A DNA stretch of 63,131 nt, the filler included. It is 4 parts of 4 records of this genome, joined end to end, with 100 filler letters (N's around TTAATTAATTAA, not from the genome) between each part and the next. Parts side by side here need not be neighbours in the genome. Positions count along the whole stretch, not along the records: positions 1 to 21,436 come from SRR31156797_920; 3 more parts are not named here. The stretch is one strand, 5' to 3'. The position numbers were made by a program, and so were the translations under genes. Below the pieces are notes generated by a model, which had not been told where the DNA came from, did not search any database, and was given only the letters and a program-made list of their open reading frames with translations. Below, one piece after another: positions 1 through 9,384 of the stretch (position 1 is the first letter of the stretch; each line of letters opens with the position of its first letter).

Positions 1-1038
1 CTGCTCGCTGGCCCCTTCCGCAAGGGACTGGCTTGAAGCGGATACCTGGTCGGCACCGGAAGCGACTTGTTCCGAACCTTGTTGAAGTCCGGTCACGATC
101 CGGTTGATGGGTTTTACAATGGACTGCACCAGCAACAAAATGACGATCCCGGCAAACAACAATACACCCAGGGCAACCCCCAGATTCCAATAGCTGAGGT
201 TCCTCACCGGCGCCAGGAGTTCAGAGGTGCCGGCTGAAATACCCAGGGTCCATCCCTCCTGCGGAATCGTCCTGAAAGCGACCAATTTATCGACACCTTT
301 GTATTCGTATTCGATAAATCCGTTACCCTGGGCCAACATTCTTTTTCCGAAATCAAATTCATTCATGTTGAGCTTTAAGATGTTATTTTTGTCCGGATGG
401 GCAATCAAAAGCCCTCTCTTATCGTAAATATAGGCATACCCCGTTTCGCCCAATTTAATGGGATCCACAAACTTCTGAGTAAAAACATTGAGATCCACAA
501 TGGCAAAAAGAACCCCCGTAACCTGCTTCTTCGCCTTAATGGGAGCGGAAACCACGAACACCGGATTCCCGCTACCTCTGCTTTTCAGAACTTCCGAAAC
601 ACAAACCTTCCCCTCCATGGAGCCCTTGAAATAGGCGCGATCTTTCACGTCCATTTTAAGGACTGTTTCGCTGGAAGCGGCAACAAGCACACCCGCTGGG
701 GTGGCGACACAGATATCCTCATAAAATTGATAATCCTTTTTCAACTTTGCCAGTTCGGCGCTGGCCGATTTCCGTGCGGCCTTTCCGATAAAGGAGTCTT
801 TGACCGCCGTCATATACATTTTCTGGCGGCTCCAGTTGGACACATTGAGCTTCTGATCTTTGATCCACGCATCAATCACCATTAGGGTGGACTCCGTCAT
901 CTGCTCAATGGCTGAGACGATCTCTTCTTCAAGGGCATTCTTTGACTTGATGTAGGACACCACCGTGGATGTCCCCATCCCCAGAATAATCAGTAAAAGC
1001 ATGGGAAATAGGAATCTGTTTCGCAAATTCATTTTCAT
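1..1038 (-). CDS. Methyl-accepting chemotaxis protein with dCache sensor domain (runs off the left edge of the window)
   Basis: Not in the ORF track. Manual translation of the minus strand from ATG 1038: MKMNLRNRFLFPMLLLIILGMG (TM1)...DRAYFK...GNPVFVVSAPI...GETGYAYIYDKRGLLIAHPD (dCache motifs)...TM2...IVKPINRIVTGLQQGSEQVASGADQVSASSQSLAEGASEQ (start of MCP signalling domain). An AGGAG RBS lies upstream. Confidence 0.92.
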   Translation of the reverse strand, partial: MKMNLRNRFLFPMLLLIILGMGTSTVVSYIKSKNALEEEIVSAIEQMTESTLMVIDAWIKDQKLNVSNWSRQKMYMTAVKDSFIGKAARKSASAELAKLKKDYQFYEDICVATPAGVLVAASSETVLKMDVKDRAYFKGSMEGKVCVSEVLKSRGSGNPVFVVSAPIKAKKQVTGVLFAIVDLNVFTQKFVDPIKLGETGYAYIYDKRGLLIAHPDKNNILKLNMNEFDFGKRMLAQGNGFIEYEYKGVDKLVAFRTIPQEGWTLGISAGTSELLAPVRNLSYWNLGVALGVLLFAGIVILLLVQSIVKPINRIVTGLQQGSEQVASGADQVSASSQSLAEGASEQ

Positions 1039-1095
1039 TGAATTGTTTCACTCCTTTCTTGGGCACAATAGAATTTCCAGATGACACGCCATCAG

Positions 1096-1111
1096 TGCAA
1101 GACACATGCCG
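1096..1111 (-). promoter_or_regulatory. Sigma54 (-24/-12) promoter for the MCP gene
   Basis: The minus strand reads CGGCAT-GTGTC-TTGCA, matching YGGCAY-N5-TTGCW, about 60 nt upstream of the MCP start. Confidence 0.7.
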
Positions 1112-1486
1112 TTACATATGACATATTCGGTCAAATCCACTGAACACAAAAAAACCGACTTCAATACCGCTGAAATCCCTTTAGATTAACGTTCGAAACT
1201 TCAGATAAAAAACTTAAAGCAGAAACATGTTGGAAGAAGCGTTAGGAGATAAGAACCGATTCCGAAGAAAATTTAGGTTGAAAAAGGCCCATACATCCCA
1301 ATTCCTTGACAGGGCCATGTCATTTTATTGACCTTTATGATAAATAAGGACACGAAAGAACTACCGCCCCCATTTATCAAACATAAAATCATCATGTCCG
1401 TCAAAAGATTGGCTACTCGTCCAATCCCGCGCATAAGCAAACCTATAACCGTTTGGAATTGCTATCAAAACAATTATGATTAGATC

Positions 1487-1502
1487 TGGCACAATCTTTG
1501 CT
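1487..1502 (+). promoter_or_regulatory. Sigma54 (-24/-12) promoter for the glycan operon
   Basis: TGGCAC-AATCT-TTGCT is an exact match to TGGCAC-N5-TTGCW, about 220 nt upstream of the first gene. Confidence 0.8.
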
Positions 1503-1650
1503 TTACTCAAGGCGGAGATGTGGTCTCGACAAAAAACGTATTGGCTCTTGCGGTAATCTCTTGATAGACCGCCGGAAACAAAACAGTCCATTAAGTGTGG
1601 ATGTCCAACAGACTATGACAAGTTGAGAACGTAACTCAAGGGGCGGAGCT

Positions 1651-1680
1651 GTCTTTCCATGATTATGAGGAAAGACTTTT
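1651..1680 (+). terminator. Terminator/attenuator-like hairpin in the operon leader
   Basis: GTCTTTCC (1651-1658) pairs with GGAAAGAC (1669-1676), followed by TTTT. It lies between the promoter and the first gene. Confidence 0.4.
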
Positions 1681-1722
1681 GAAACAATTCAATTTTGACG
1701 AATATTCCTCAAATTAGGCGGC

Positions 1723-2520
1723 ATGACAACAGCGATGGAAAAACCCGATTCAAAAAAAGCAACGGCCATTCTCCAAGGTAGGATCGGCTCTACCCGTCTG
1801 CCAGGGAAAGTCTTTCTTCCTTTGCTTGGAAAACCGGTCATGCAGCACGTTTATGAAAGAATTCTCCACTGTCAAAACATCGACCGAATAATCGTTGCCA
1901 CGACCACCCTGGAAAGAGACGACCGTATTGTCGAGCTGTTCGACGGACTTGGCGTGCCGGTCTTTCGCGGGAGCGAAGCAGATCCTCTGGACCGTTACTA
2001 TCACGCTGCAACCCACCATGGTGCATCCCATGTGGTCCGAATTATGGCCGATTGTCCACTGGTGGATCCTGAGGTTGTGGATGAGGTCATTGAGATGTAC
2101 TTTGATGGCGGGTACGATTTCGGTTACCTTGGAGGCGAGTTTCCAACCGGACTGGACACGACGGTCTTTTCCTACAGGGCTCTGGAAAAATGCTTTAAGG
2201 AAGCCCAAAAAATATTGGAGCGAGAGCACATCACTTTTTACATGACAAACAATCCCGATCTATTCAAAATAGGTGTTTACGAAAAATTCAAGGGGCTTTT
2301 GCATCACCGTTGGGTGATGGATCACAAAGCCGACTACAACCTGGTCGTAGAGATCTACAAGGCGCTCTACGAGCCGGGCAAGGTTTTTGGAGCCAAGGAT
2401 GTGATGCGGTTGCTGGATGAGCAGCCCCAACTGTTCCGGATTAACGCTGAAATCCCCAGAAATGGAAGAATACCTGAAAACGGTTGCAGCCAAAAACGCA
2501 GTATCGACGGTCAGCCATGA
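1723..2520 (+). CDS. SpsF-like cytidylyltransferase (CMP-sugar-acid synthetase family)
   Basis: AILQGRIGSTRLPGKV, FRGSEADPLDRY, RIMADCPLVDP and REHIT motifs of the SpsF/CTP_transf_3 family. Confidence 0.85.
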   Translation: MTTAMEKPDSKKATAILQGRIGSTRLPGKVFLPLLGKPVMQHVYERILHCQNIDRIIVATTTLERDDRIVELFDGLGVPVFRGSEADPLDRYYHAATHHGASHVVRIMADCPLVDPEVVDEVIEMYFDGGYDFGYLGGEFPTGLDTTVFSYRALEKCFKEAQKILEREHITFYMTNNPDLFKIGVYEKFKGLLHHRWVMDHKADYNLVVEIYKALYEPGKVFGAKDVMRLLDEQPQLFRINAEIPRNGRIPENGCSQKRSIDGQP

Positions 2521-3860
2521 CAACCCGCAAGAACGATGAAAATGAAGTGACGGAACAAGATCTGAGAGAAGAGATTTTGCATCTTGTGGCCCGTTTTCAC
2601 AAAACCGGAAATATAAAAAGCCCATTCGTGCCCGGACAAACGCCTGTGAAGTATGCGGGAAGAGTCTTTGACGAAAAAGAAATTCAGGCTGCGGTAGAAT
2701 CCTCTCTCGATTTCTGGCTCACGGAGGGCCGTTTTGCGAAAAAATTCCAAACCGAACTTGCCCGGAAAATAGGCGTCAAACATGCTTTTCTGGTCAATTC
2801 AGGTTCTTCGGCGAATTTACTGGCCTTAACAGCCCTTACTTCCCCCCTGCTGGGGGAAAAGAGACTGAAACCGGGAGATGAAGTCATCACGGTTGCCGCC
2901 GGTTTTCCCACCACGCTGAACCCGATTATCCAGAATCGCCTGGTTCCCGTTTTTGTGGACGTGGATATCCCCTCATATAATGCAAAGGTTGAAGAGGTAG
3001 CGGCCGCAGTCAGCTCCAAAACACGTGCGATTTTCATTGCCCATACATTGGGAAACCCCTTCGACCTTGAGCGGATCATGAAAATCGTCGAGAAATACGG
3101 GCTCTACCTCATTGAGGATAACTGCGACAGCCTGGGCTCCACCTATAACGGCCAAAACACGGGCGCCTTCGGGCATCTCTCCACATGTTCCTTTTATCCC
3201 GCTCACCATATCACCACCGGTGAAGGGGGCGCCGTGCTGACCTCCGACCCTGAAATCGCCCGAATCATCCGGTCCCTGAAAGATTGGGGAAGGGATTGTT
3301 ATTGCGGGCCGGGTGAAAACAACAAATGCGGAGTCAGATTTTCGGGGCAACACGGCACATTGCCACAAGGGTTTGATCACAAATATGTCTATTCTCACAT
3401 GGGCTACAATTTAAAGATGACCGATATTCAGGCTGCCATCGGTTTGGAACAACTGAAGAAACTGGATACATTCTGTCAGGCGCGGCGTGAAAACTTTGAA
3501 GCCTGGATGAAGGGATTCAGGGAGTACGAGGAACATTTCATCCTGCCGGAAGCGACGGAAGGCTCAAATCCCGCTTGGTTTGCATTTCCCATTACCGTCA
3601 GGGCGAACGCCGGCTTTACGAGAACTCAATTAACGCATTACCTGGATGAACATCTCATCGAAACCAGGAACCTGTTCGGGGGCAACCTGCTGCGCCAGCC
3701 TGCTTACCGAGGCATCCCACATCGTAAAATAGGCGATTTAAGAAATACGGATATAATCATGAACAGCACCTTTTTCCTTGGAACTTTCCCAGGGATTGGC
3801 GATGAACAGATAGAATATACGATGAATGTCATCGAAAAATTTCTGATCTCACGAGCATGA
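2517..3860 (+). CDS. rfbH: CDP-4-keto-6-deoxyglucose 3-dehydrase (E1, PMP/Fe-S dependent)
   Basis: NSGSSANLLA; SFYPAHHITTGEGG (His in place of the aminotransferase Lys); DWGRDCYC...C cluster; FDHKYVYSH. The ATG at 2517 overlaps the previous TGA. Confidence 0.93.
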   Translation: MTTRKNDENEVTEQDLREEILHLVARFHKTGNIKSPFVPGQTPVKYAGRVFDEKEIQAAVESSLDFWLTEGRFAKKFQTELARKIGVKHAFLVNSGSSANLLALTALTSPLLGEKRLKPGDEVITVAAGFPTTLNPIIQNRLVPVFVDVDIPSYNAKVEEVAAAVSSKTRAIFIAHTLGNPFDLERIMKIVEKYGLYLIEDNCDSLGSTYNGQNTGAFGHLSTCSFYPAHHITTGEGGAVLTSDPEIARIIRSLKDWGRDCYCGPGENNKCGVRFSGQHGTLPQGFDHKYVYSHMGYNLKMTDIQAAIGLEQLKKLDTFCQARRENFEAWMKGFREYEEHFILPEATEGSNPAWFAFPITVRANAGFTRTQLTHYLDEHLIETRNLFGGNLLRQPAYRGIPHRKIGDLRNTDIIMNSTFFLGTFPGIGDEQIEYTMNVIEKFLISRA

Positions 3861-3863
3861 CCC

Positions 3864-4949
3864 ATGTTTACCAATGTATTTAAGGATAAGACGGTTCTGG
3901 TGACCGGACACACCGGATTCAAGGGTTCCTGGCTTTGCATATGGCTGAGAGAATTGGGCGCCAAGGTTGTCGGGTATGCCCTGGAACCTTACACGGAAAG
4001 AGACAATTATGTCGTCGCCGGGCTAAAGAACAGAATGGACAACATAATCGGGGACATAAATGATTTCAATAGACTGAAAAACCTTTTTGATGAATATCAA
4101 CCTGAGTTTGTTTTCCATCTTGCCGCCCAAGCAATTGTTCGTGAATCTTACGACTATCCAAAAGAGACTTTTGACATTAATATCGGAGGAACGGTGAATG
4201 TTCTTGAATGCTGTCGTTTATCCGATTCCGTCAGGGTCATTATTAATGTAACAAGCGACAAGTGCTATGAAAACCGAGAATGGGTTTGGGGATATCGAGA
4301 AGATGATCCCATGGGCGGTTATGACCCCTACAGCTCAAGCAAAGGATGTTCGGAATTTGTAACCCGAGCCTATCGAAAGTCTTTTTTCAATCCGGATAAT
4401 TTCCAAGTTCACCAAAAGAGTCTTTCGTCGGTAAGGGCGGGAAACGTAATTGGCGGCGGCGACTGGCAACGATTCAGAATTATTCCGGATTGCATGAGGG
4501 CGTTGGAGTCCAACAAGCCCATTGAGGTCCGCAATCCCATGGCAATTCGCCCTTGGCAGCATGTTTTGGGTCCGCTCAGCGGATATCTGCGTTTGGCAGA
4601 AATGATGTACGTAAGCCCGAAAAGATTCTGCTGCGCCTGGAATTTTGGGCCTAATCATGACTCAATCATACCGGTTGGCGAAGTGGTGGACAAAGTAGTG
4701 GGGTGTTGGGGAAACGGAAGCTGGATAAATTTATCCCCAATACAGGCGCCGCATGAAGCGGAATTGCTCAACCTTGATATCGCCAAAGCCAAATCTTATT
4801 TAAAATGGTTTCCCGTTTGGAATATAGATAAAACAATAGAAAAAACAATTGCCTGGTATAAAGAGTATAGGGATAAAGATCCTTACGGCATATGCGTGGA
4901 TCAAATCGAGGAATTTCAAGATTTGACAAGAGGGCATCACAATGATTGA
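3864..4949 (+). CDS. rfbG: CDP-glucose 4,6-dehydratase
   Basis: VTGHTGFKGSWL, TSDKCYEN, DPYSSSK, RAGNVIGGGDW, RPWQHVL. Confidence 0.95.
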   Translation: MFTNVFKDKTVLVTGHTGFKGSWLCIWLRELGAKVVGYALEPYTERDNYVVAGLKNRMDNIIGDINDFNRLKNLFDEYQPEFVFHLAAQAIVRESYDYPKETFDINIGGTVNVLECCRLSDSVRVIINVTSDKCYENREWVWGYREDDPMGGYDPYSSSKGCSEFVTRAYRKSFFNPDNFQVHQKSLSSVRAGNVIGGGDWQRFRIIPDCMRALESNKPIEVRNPMAIRPWQHVLGPLSGYLRLAEMMYVSPKRFCCAWNFGPNHDSIIPVGEVVDKVVGCWGNGSWINLSPIQAPHEAELLNLDIAKAKSYLKWFPVWNIDKTIEKTIAWYKEYRDKDPYGICVDQIEEFQDLTRGHHND

Positions 4950-5733
4950 AAACATTCCAGTCGTAATACTGTGCGGTGGTCTCGGAACAAGATTACGAGA
5001 AGAAACCGAATTCATACCAAAGCCAATGGTGGTCATCGGCAAAAAGCCGATCCTGTGGCACATCATGAAAATTTATGCCCACTATGGATTTCGTAAATTC
5101 ATCTTCTGTTTGGGATACAAAGGTGAAATGATCAAGGAATATTTCATTCATTATGAAATGATGAACAACGATGTTACCATCGGGTTGGGACCCAACAAAG
5201 GGGTCGAGATACACAATGACAACAATGAAGAAAACTGGGAGATAACCCTGTGCGATACCGGGGCAAACGCACTGAAAGGCGCCAGAATTAAGAGAATCGA
5301 AAAATATATCGATTCGGACCATTTCATGGTGACATATGGAGACGGCGTTGCGGATGTGAACCTGGAAGCGCTGCTTCAATTCCATAAATCCCATGGTAAA
5401 ATCGCCACCGTCACGGGCGTCCGCCCCAAGTTTCTGAAATTCGGGGAACTGAATATCCAGGAGGGGAAGGTAACGCGGTTTACGGAGAAACCCAAATACG
5501 GAGGCAATTACGTAAACGGCGGGTTTTTCGTTTTTAACCGCGGGCTGTTTGATTACCTTGAAGACAGGGATGATTGTGAACTGGAAACGGATCCTTTGGA
5601 TCGAATATCCCAGCAAGGCGAACTGATGGTCTATAAACACAATGGGTTTTGGGCCTGCATGGATACCATCAGAGATGCCGAGTATTTGAACAATTTGTGG
5701 AACAATGACCGGCCGGCATGGAAAATCTGGTGA
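4942..5733 (+). CDS. rfbF: Glucose-1-phosphate cytidylyltransferase
   Basis: ILCGGLGTRLREETEFIPKPMV, LGYKGEMIKEYF, TYGDGVAD, HNGFWACMDT. Confidence 0.95.
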   Translation: MIENIPVVILCGGLGTRLREETEFIPKPMVVIGKKPILWHIMKIYAHYGFRKFIFCLGYKGEMIKEYFIHYEMMNNDVTIGLGPNKGVEIHNDNNEENWEITLCDTGANALKGARIKRIEKYIDSDHFMVTYGDGVADVNLEALLQFHKSHGKIATVTGVRPKFLKFGELNIQEGKVTRFTEKPKYGGNYVNGGFFVFNRGLFDYLEDRDDCELETDPLDRISQQGELMVYKHNGFWACMDTIRDAEYLNNLWNNDRPAWKIW

Positions 5734-5783
5734 ATGAGAACCATCGCCGGAATCAACAATCCATATAAAACAAGGATAATCAT

Positions 5784-6632
5784 ATGAGTATTTTTATTAC
5801 GGCGGAAATAGGCATTAACCATAACGGCGATTTGGATATCACCAAACAATTGATCGATGTGGCCAAATTGGCAGGGGCCGACGCGGTGAAATTCCAGAAA
5901 AGATCCATTGAAAAGGTTTATTCGAAAAAAGAATTGGATAAACCGAGAGAAAGCCCATGGGGAACCACCACGAGGGAACAGAAATTAGGTCTGGAATTCG
6001 GTAAAAATGAGTTTGATGAAATCGATCGATATTGTAAGGAAAAGGGGATCGAGTGGTTTGCGTCTGCTTGGGATCTGGAAAGCCAGGAATTCTTGCGCCA
6101 ATATGATCTGAGGCATAATAAGATCGCCTCCGCCTTGACCACCTATCAAGACTTGCTGCAGGAGGTGGCTTCTGAAAAAAAGCACACTTTTATTTCCACC
6201 GGCATGTGCAGTCTGGAAATGATCGACCGTGCCGTGGAAATATTTCGGAACGCGGATTGCCCGTTTGAACTGATGCATTGCGTATCCACCTATCCCACCA
6301 TCGATGAGGACGCCAATTTAAATTGCATTCCGGTATTGCGAAACCGCTACCGATGCGACGTGGGTTACAGCGGACATGAGGTGGGACAAGCGGTCTCCTA
6401 CGCGGCGGCCGCATTGGGCATCACATCGTTGGAGCGACATATCACCCTTAATCGCGCCTTATACGGTTCCGATCAGGCAGCCTCCATTGAACCGGCACTC
6501 TTCATTCAGTTGGTGGGCGGCATCAGAAAAATTGAAAAGGCCATGGGAGACGGGGTGATCAAAATCAGTGACAACGAAGTACCCATTGCCAAAAAGTTAA
6601 GATCTCACATTCCATGGGAATCTCACAAATAA
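5784..6632 (+). CDS. NeuB/SpsE-family PEP-dependent ulosonic acid synthase (short form, no C-terminal SAF domain)
   Basis: AEIGINHNGD, ADAVKFQKR, KIASA, ISTGM, MHCVSTYP, GYSGHE, ERHITL, GSDQAAS; only 282 aa. Confidence 0.9.
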   Translation: MSIFITAEIGINHNGDLDITKQLIDVAKLAGADAVKFQKRSIEKVYSKKELDKPRESPWGTTTREQKLGLEFGKNEFDEIDRYCKEKGIEWFASAWDLESQEFLRQYDLRHNKIASALTTYQDLLQEVASEKKHTFISTGMCSLEMIDRAVEIFRNADCPFELMHCVSTYPTIDEDANLNCIPVLRNRYRCDVGYSGHEVGQAVSYAAAALGITSLERHITLNRALYGSDQAASIEPALFIQLVGGIRKIEKAMGDGVIKISDNEVPIAKKLRSHIPWESHK

Positions 6633-8404
6633 TGGTCAAGCTCTCCGATTACGTCATGAATTTTCTGGTCTCAAAGGGCGTCTCAAAGGTTTTCATGTTG
6701 CCCGGAGGCGGCGCCATGCACCTTGATGATTCATTGGGACGCTACGAAGCGTTGCAATACACCTGTTTTATGCACGAACAGGCATTGGCCATTGCCGCTG
6801 AAGCCTATGGGCAGCATGTGAATTTTCCGGGAGTCGGTTTGGTCACATCCGGTCCCGGCAGCACAAACACCCTAACGGCGGTAGCCGCGGCTTTCATTGA
6901 TTCAACCCCCTGCTTCTTCATTTCCGGACAGGCTAAACGCGCCGACCTGAAGGGCGATACCGGGGTACGGCAAATGGGTTCACAGGAGGTAGATATTGTC
7001 TCCATGGTCAAAAGCGTGACCAAATATGCGGCGACCATCCTGAACCCCGAAGATGTCCGATTTCACCTGGAAAAGGCCTGGACTGAAGCCACCTCCGGCC
7101 GCATGGGGCCCGTCTGGCTGGATATCCCCCTGGACGTGCAGGGCGCTCACATCGACGAAACCGGTCTTCGCGGTTATGCACCCCCCGAATCGTGCCGGTC
7201 AAAGCTTCCACTGGACCGGATAGCCAGAGCTTTCGAGGGCTCCCAACGTCCGCTGATCCTGGTGGGAAACGGGGTGAAGCTTTCGGGTGCCTCTGACCTT
7301 GTCAGAAAATTTGCCGAAAAGTATCAAATCCCCATGGTGCTGACATGGAAAACAGCCGATTTTCTTGATTACGATCATCCCCTCAATTTCGGGTTCCCCG
7401 GCATTATGGGGAGCCGTTATGCAAATTTCATCATTCAGAACAGTGATGTGCTCCTGATTCTCGGCAGTCGGCTCGATCCCAGCCTGACCGCTTTCAACAG
7501 TGCCGATTTCGGTCGCAACGCCTTTAAAATCATGGTCGATATCGATCCGGCGGAGATCAGGAAGATCCAAAATATCGATTTGAGGATCACGGCGGATATC
7601 AGCGAAGCAATGGGGGCTATGGCACAAATACCCATGACGCTGCCGGAGCATTCAAAGTGGCTGGAATATTGCGTCAAACTCAAAAATCGATATCCGGTGT
7701 TTCCAGGCAACGCATCGGCAAACAAAGACGTCGATTTGTATGGGTTCACGGACAGACTTTTTGATCAGTTGCTTAAAACGGACATCATCGTTCCGGAGAG
7801 TTCGGGTGCCGCGGGGGAAGTGACCTATCAGGCCATGCGGGCAAAGTACGGTCAAAGCATCAAGAATGCGGCGGGCCTCGGTTCCATGGGATTCGGGCTC
7901 CCTTACGCCATCGGTTCATGCCTTGCACTGGATCGACGACGAACCATCCTGATCAATGGCGACGGTGCGTTTCAACTCAACATCCAGGAACTGGAAACCG
8001 TCCACCGGCTGCAACTCCCCATCAAGATGTTTATTTTTGATAACGGCGGTTACCAGAGCATCATTAATACCCAGCGCAATATGTTCGGCGGTTTCCTGGT
8101 GGGGGCGGATGCCTCAAGCGGCTTTACCCTGCCGGATATTTGTGCAATCACAAAGGCTTACAAAATCAGAACATCCGTGATTTCAACCAATGACGAACTG
8201 TCGCCGGGCATTGCCGAAGTATTGAAAGGCGATGACCCGGTGCTTTGCCGGGTGAAGGTAAGGCGCGACCAATTGACCATTCCGAAAGTGCAGGCCATGA
8301 AGCTGCCGGACGGAGGGATGGTCTCCAAACCCCTGGAGGATATGTGGCCCTATCTGCCGCCGGAGGAGTTGGCGGAAAACATGAGGATCAGCGCCGATGA
8401 TTAA
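6632..8404 (+). CDS. Thiamine diphosphate-dependent enzyme, YerE/acetolactate-synthase-like (putative sugar acyl-branching enzyme)
   Basis: GGGAMHLDDS, HEQALAIAAEAY, VTSGPGSTN, GPVWLDIPLDVQ, GDGAFQLNIQE...NGGY ThDP motif and C-terminal SKPLEDMWP. It lies among CDP-3,6-dideoxyhexose genes. The likely start is 6632, overlapping the previous TAA. Confidence 0.85.
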   Translation: MVKLSDYVMNFLVSKGVSKVFMLPGGGAMHLDDSLGRYEALQYTCFMHEQALAIAAEAYGQHVNFPGVGLVTSGPGSTNTLTAVAAAFIDSTPCFFISGQAKRADLKGDTGVRQMGSQEVDIVSMVKSVTKYAATILNPEDVRFHLEKAWTEATSGRMGPVWLDIPLDVQGAHIDETGLRGYAPPESCRSKLPLDRIARAFEGSQRPLILVGNGVKLSGASDLVRKFAEKYQIPMVLTWKTADFLDYDHPLNFGFPGIMGSRYANFIIQNSDVLLILGSRLDPSLTAFNSADFGRNAFKIMVDIDPAEIRKIQNIDLRITADISEAMGAMAQIPMTLPEHSKWLEYCVKLKNRYPVFPGNASANKDVDLYGFTDRLFDQLLKTDIIVPESSGAAGEVTYQAMRAKYGQSIKNAAGLGSMGFGLPYAIGSCLALDRRRTILINGDGAFQLNIQELETVHRLQLPIKMFIFDNGGYQSIINTQRNMFGGFLVGADASSGFTLPDICAITKAYKIRTSVISTNDELSPGIAEVLKGDDPVLCRVKVRRDQLTIPKVQAMKLPDGGMVSKPLEDMWPYLPPEELAENMRISADD

Positions 8405-8870
8405 GATGGTTCTACTGGACATCGACGGCGTACTGACGGATGGCAAGGTGACGGTCGATTCGGCCGGAAACGAATCCAAAACCATCGATTTCAAGGATAT
8501 CGACGCCATATTTGAAATGAAGCGGCAAGGTCTGAAAGTGGGATTGATCACCGGTGAAGATACGCCCATCACCCTCTTTTTCAGGAACCGTTTCAAACCG
8601 GATTTCTTTTTCAACGGCTGCAAGGATAAACCGGCTGCTTTGAAGGAAATACTCGCTCAAACCGGGGCTGCTCCGGAAGAGGTCTGCTACGTGGGCGACG
8701 GCAAACACGACATCCCCATCATGAAGCTTGTCAAGTTTGCGGCATGTCCTGCGAACGCCATTCCCCAAGTCAGGAAACTCTCGAACATTCTTCTTGCACA
8801 CAATGGCGGGGACGGCTGCGTGTGGGAACTCATGGAATGGATTTTGGCGCGGAAAAATCATGGATCTTGA
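8397..8870 (+). CDS. KdsC-like HAD phosphatase (ulosonate-phosphate phosphatase family)
   Basis: LDIDGVLTDG, ITGE, KDK, YVGDGKHD, PANA, GGDGCVWE. Confidence 0.87.
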   Translation: MIKMVLLDIDGVLTDGKVTVDSAGNESKTIDFKDIDAIFEMKRQGLKVGLITGEDTPITLFFRNRFKPDFFFNGCKDKPAALKEILAQTGAAPEEVCYVGDGKHDIPIMKLVKFAACPANAIPQVRKLSNILLAHNGGDGCVWELMEWILARKNHGS

Positions 8871-9384
8871 TGACGCAATCGCCTTTCTGGAAGCGCAATG
8901 CGAAAATCCCCGTTCGGGACTCCCGGAGAAGGTCTTTCTGCTCCTTACGCGCCTGACGCCCATGGTCAACGTTGATCTTTTGATCAAAGATAACGCTGAG
9001 CGCACGCTTCTGACCTGGCGCGATGATATTTACCATGGCGCCGGCTGGCACATCCCGGGGGGCGTCATCCGCTTCAAGGAGACCGCCGCCCAGCGCATCG
9101 CCGCCGTCGCAAGGCTGGAACTGAATTGTGATCTCACCGCGGAGGACCGCCCCACGGCGCTCAATGAGTGCATTTCGGAAACGCAACGCAACCGGGGGCA
9201 TGCGGTTTCCCTTCTCTACCGCTGCACATTGACTTCGCCGCCGTCGAAAGAATTGAAATATCCCGGCGGAAAACCTCACCCGGGCATGTTCCATTACTTT
9301 GACCGCGCGCCTGAAAATCTACTGGAAGTTCATCATATGTACCGAAAATACATCGGCCCACAATCGAGGTTAAAAAATGGCTGA
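8860..9384 (+). CDS. Nudix hydrolase, GDP-mannose mannosyl hydrolase-like
   Basis: TPMVNVDLLI and WHIPGGVIRFKETAAQRIAAVARLEL (variant Nudix box of NDP-sugar hydrolases). The likely start is ATG 8860. Confidence 0.75.
   Translation: MDLDDAIAFLEAQCENPRSGLPEKVFLLLTRLTPMVNVDLLIKDNAERTLLTWRDDIYHGAGWHIPGGVIRFKETAAQRIAAVARLELNCDLTAEDRPTALNECISETQRNRGHAVSLLYRCTLTSPPSKELKYPGGKPHPGMFHYFDRAPENLLEVHHMYRKYIGPQSRLKNG

Noticed and set aside
227-885. Plus-strand ORFs 227-427 and 397-885
   Set aside because: They are antisense shadows of the minus-strand MCP gene, which the ORF track missed because it has no stop in the window.
1361-1591. 76-aa minus-strand ORF in the divergent intergenic region
   Set aside because: It has no recognisable motif and overlaps the sigma54 promoter and leader; probably spurious.
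2517-3860. Absence of the E3 reductase (RfbI/AscD) partner for RfbH
   Set aside because: RfbH-type genes often occur without a linked reductase and can use general electron carriers; the operon is also incomplete.
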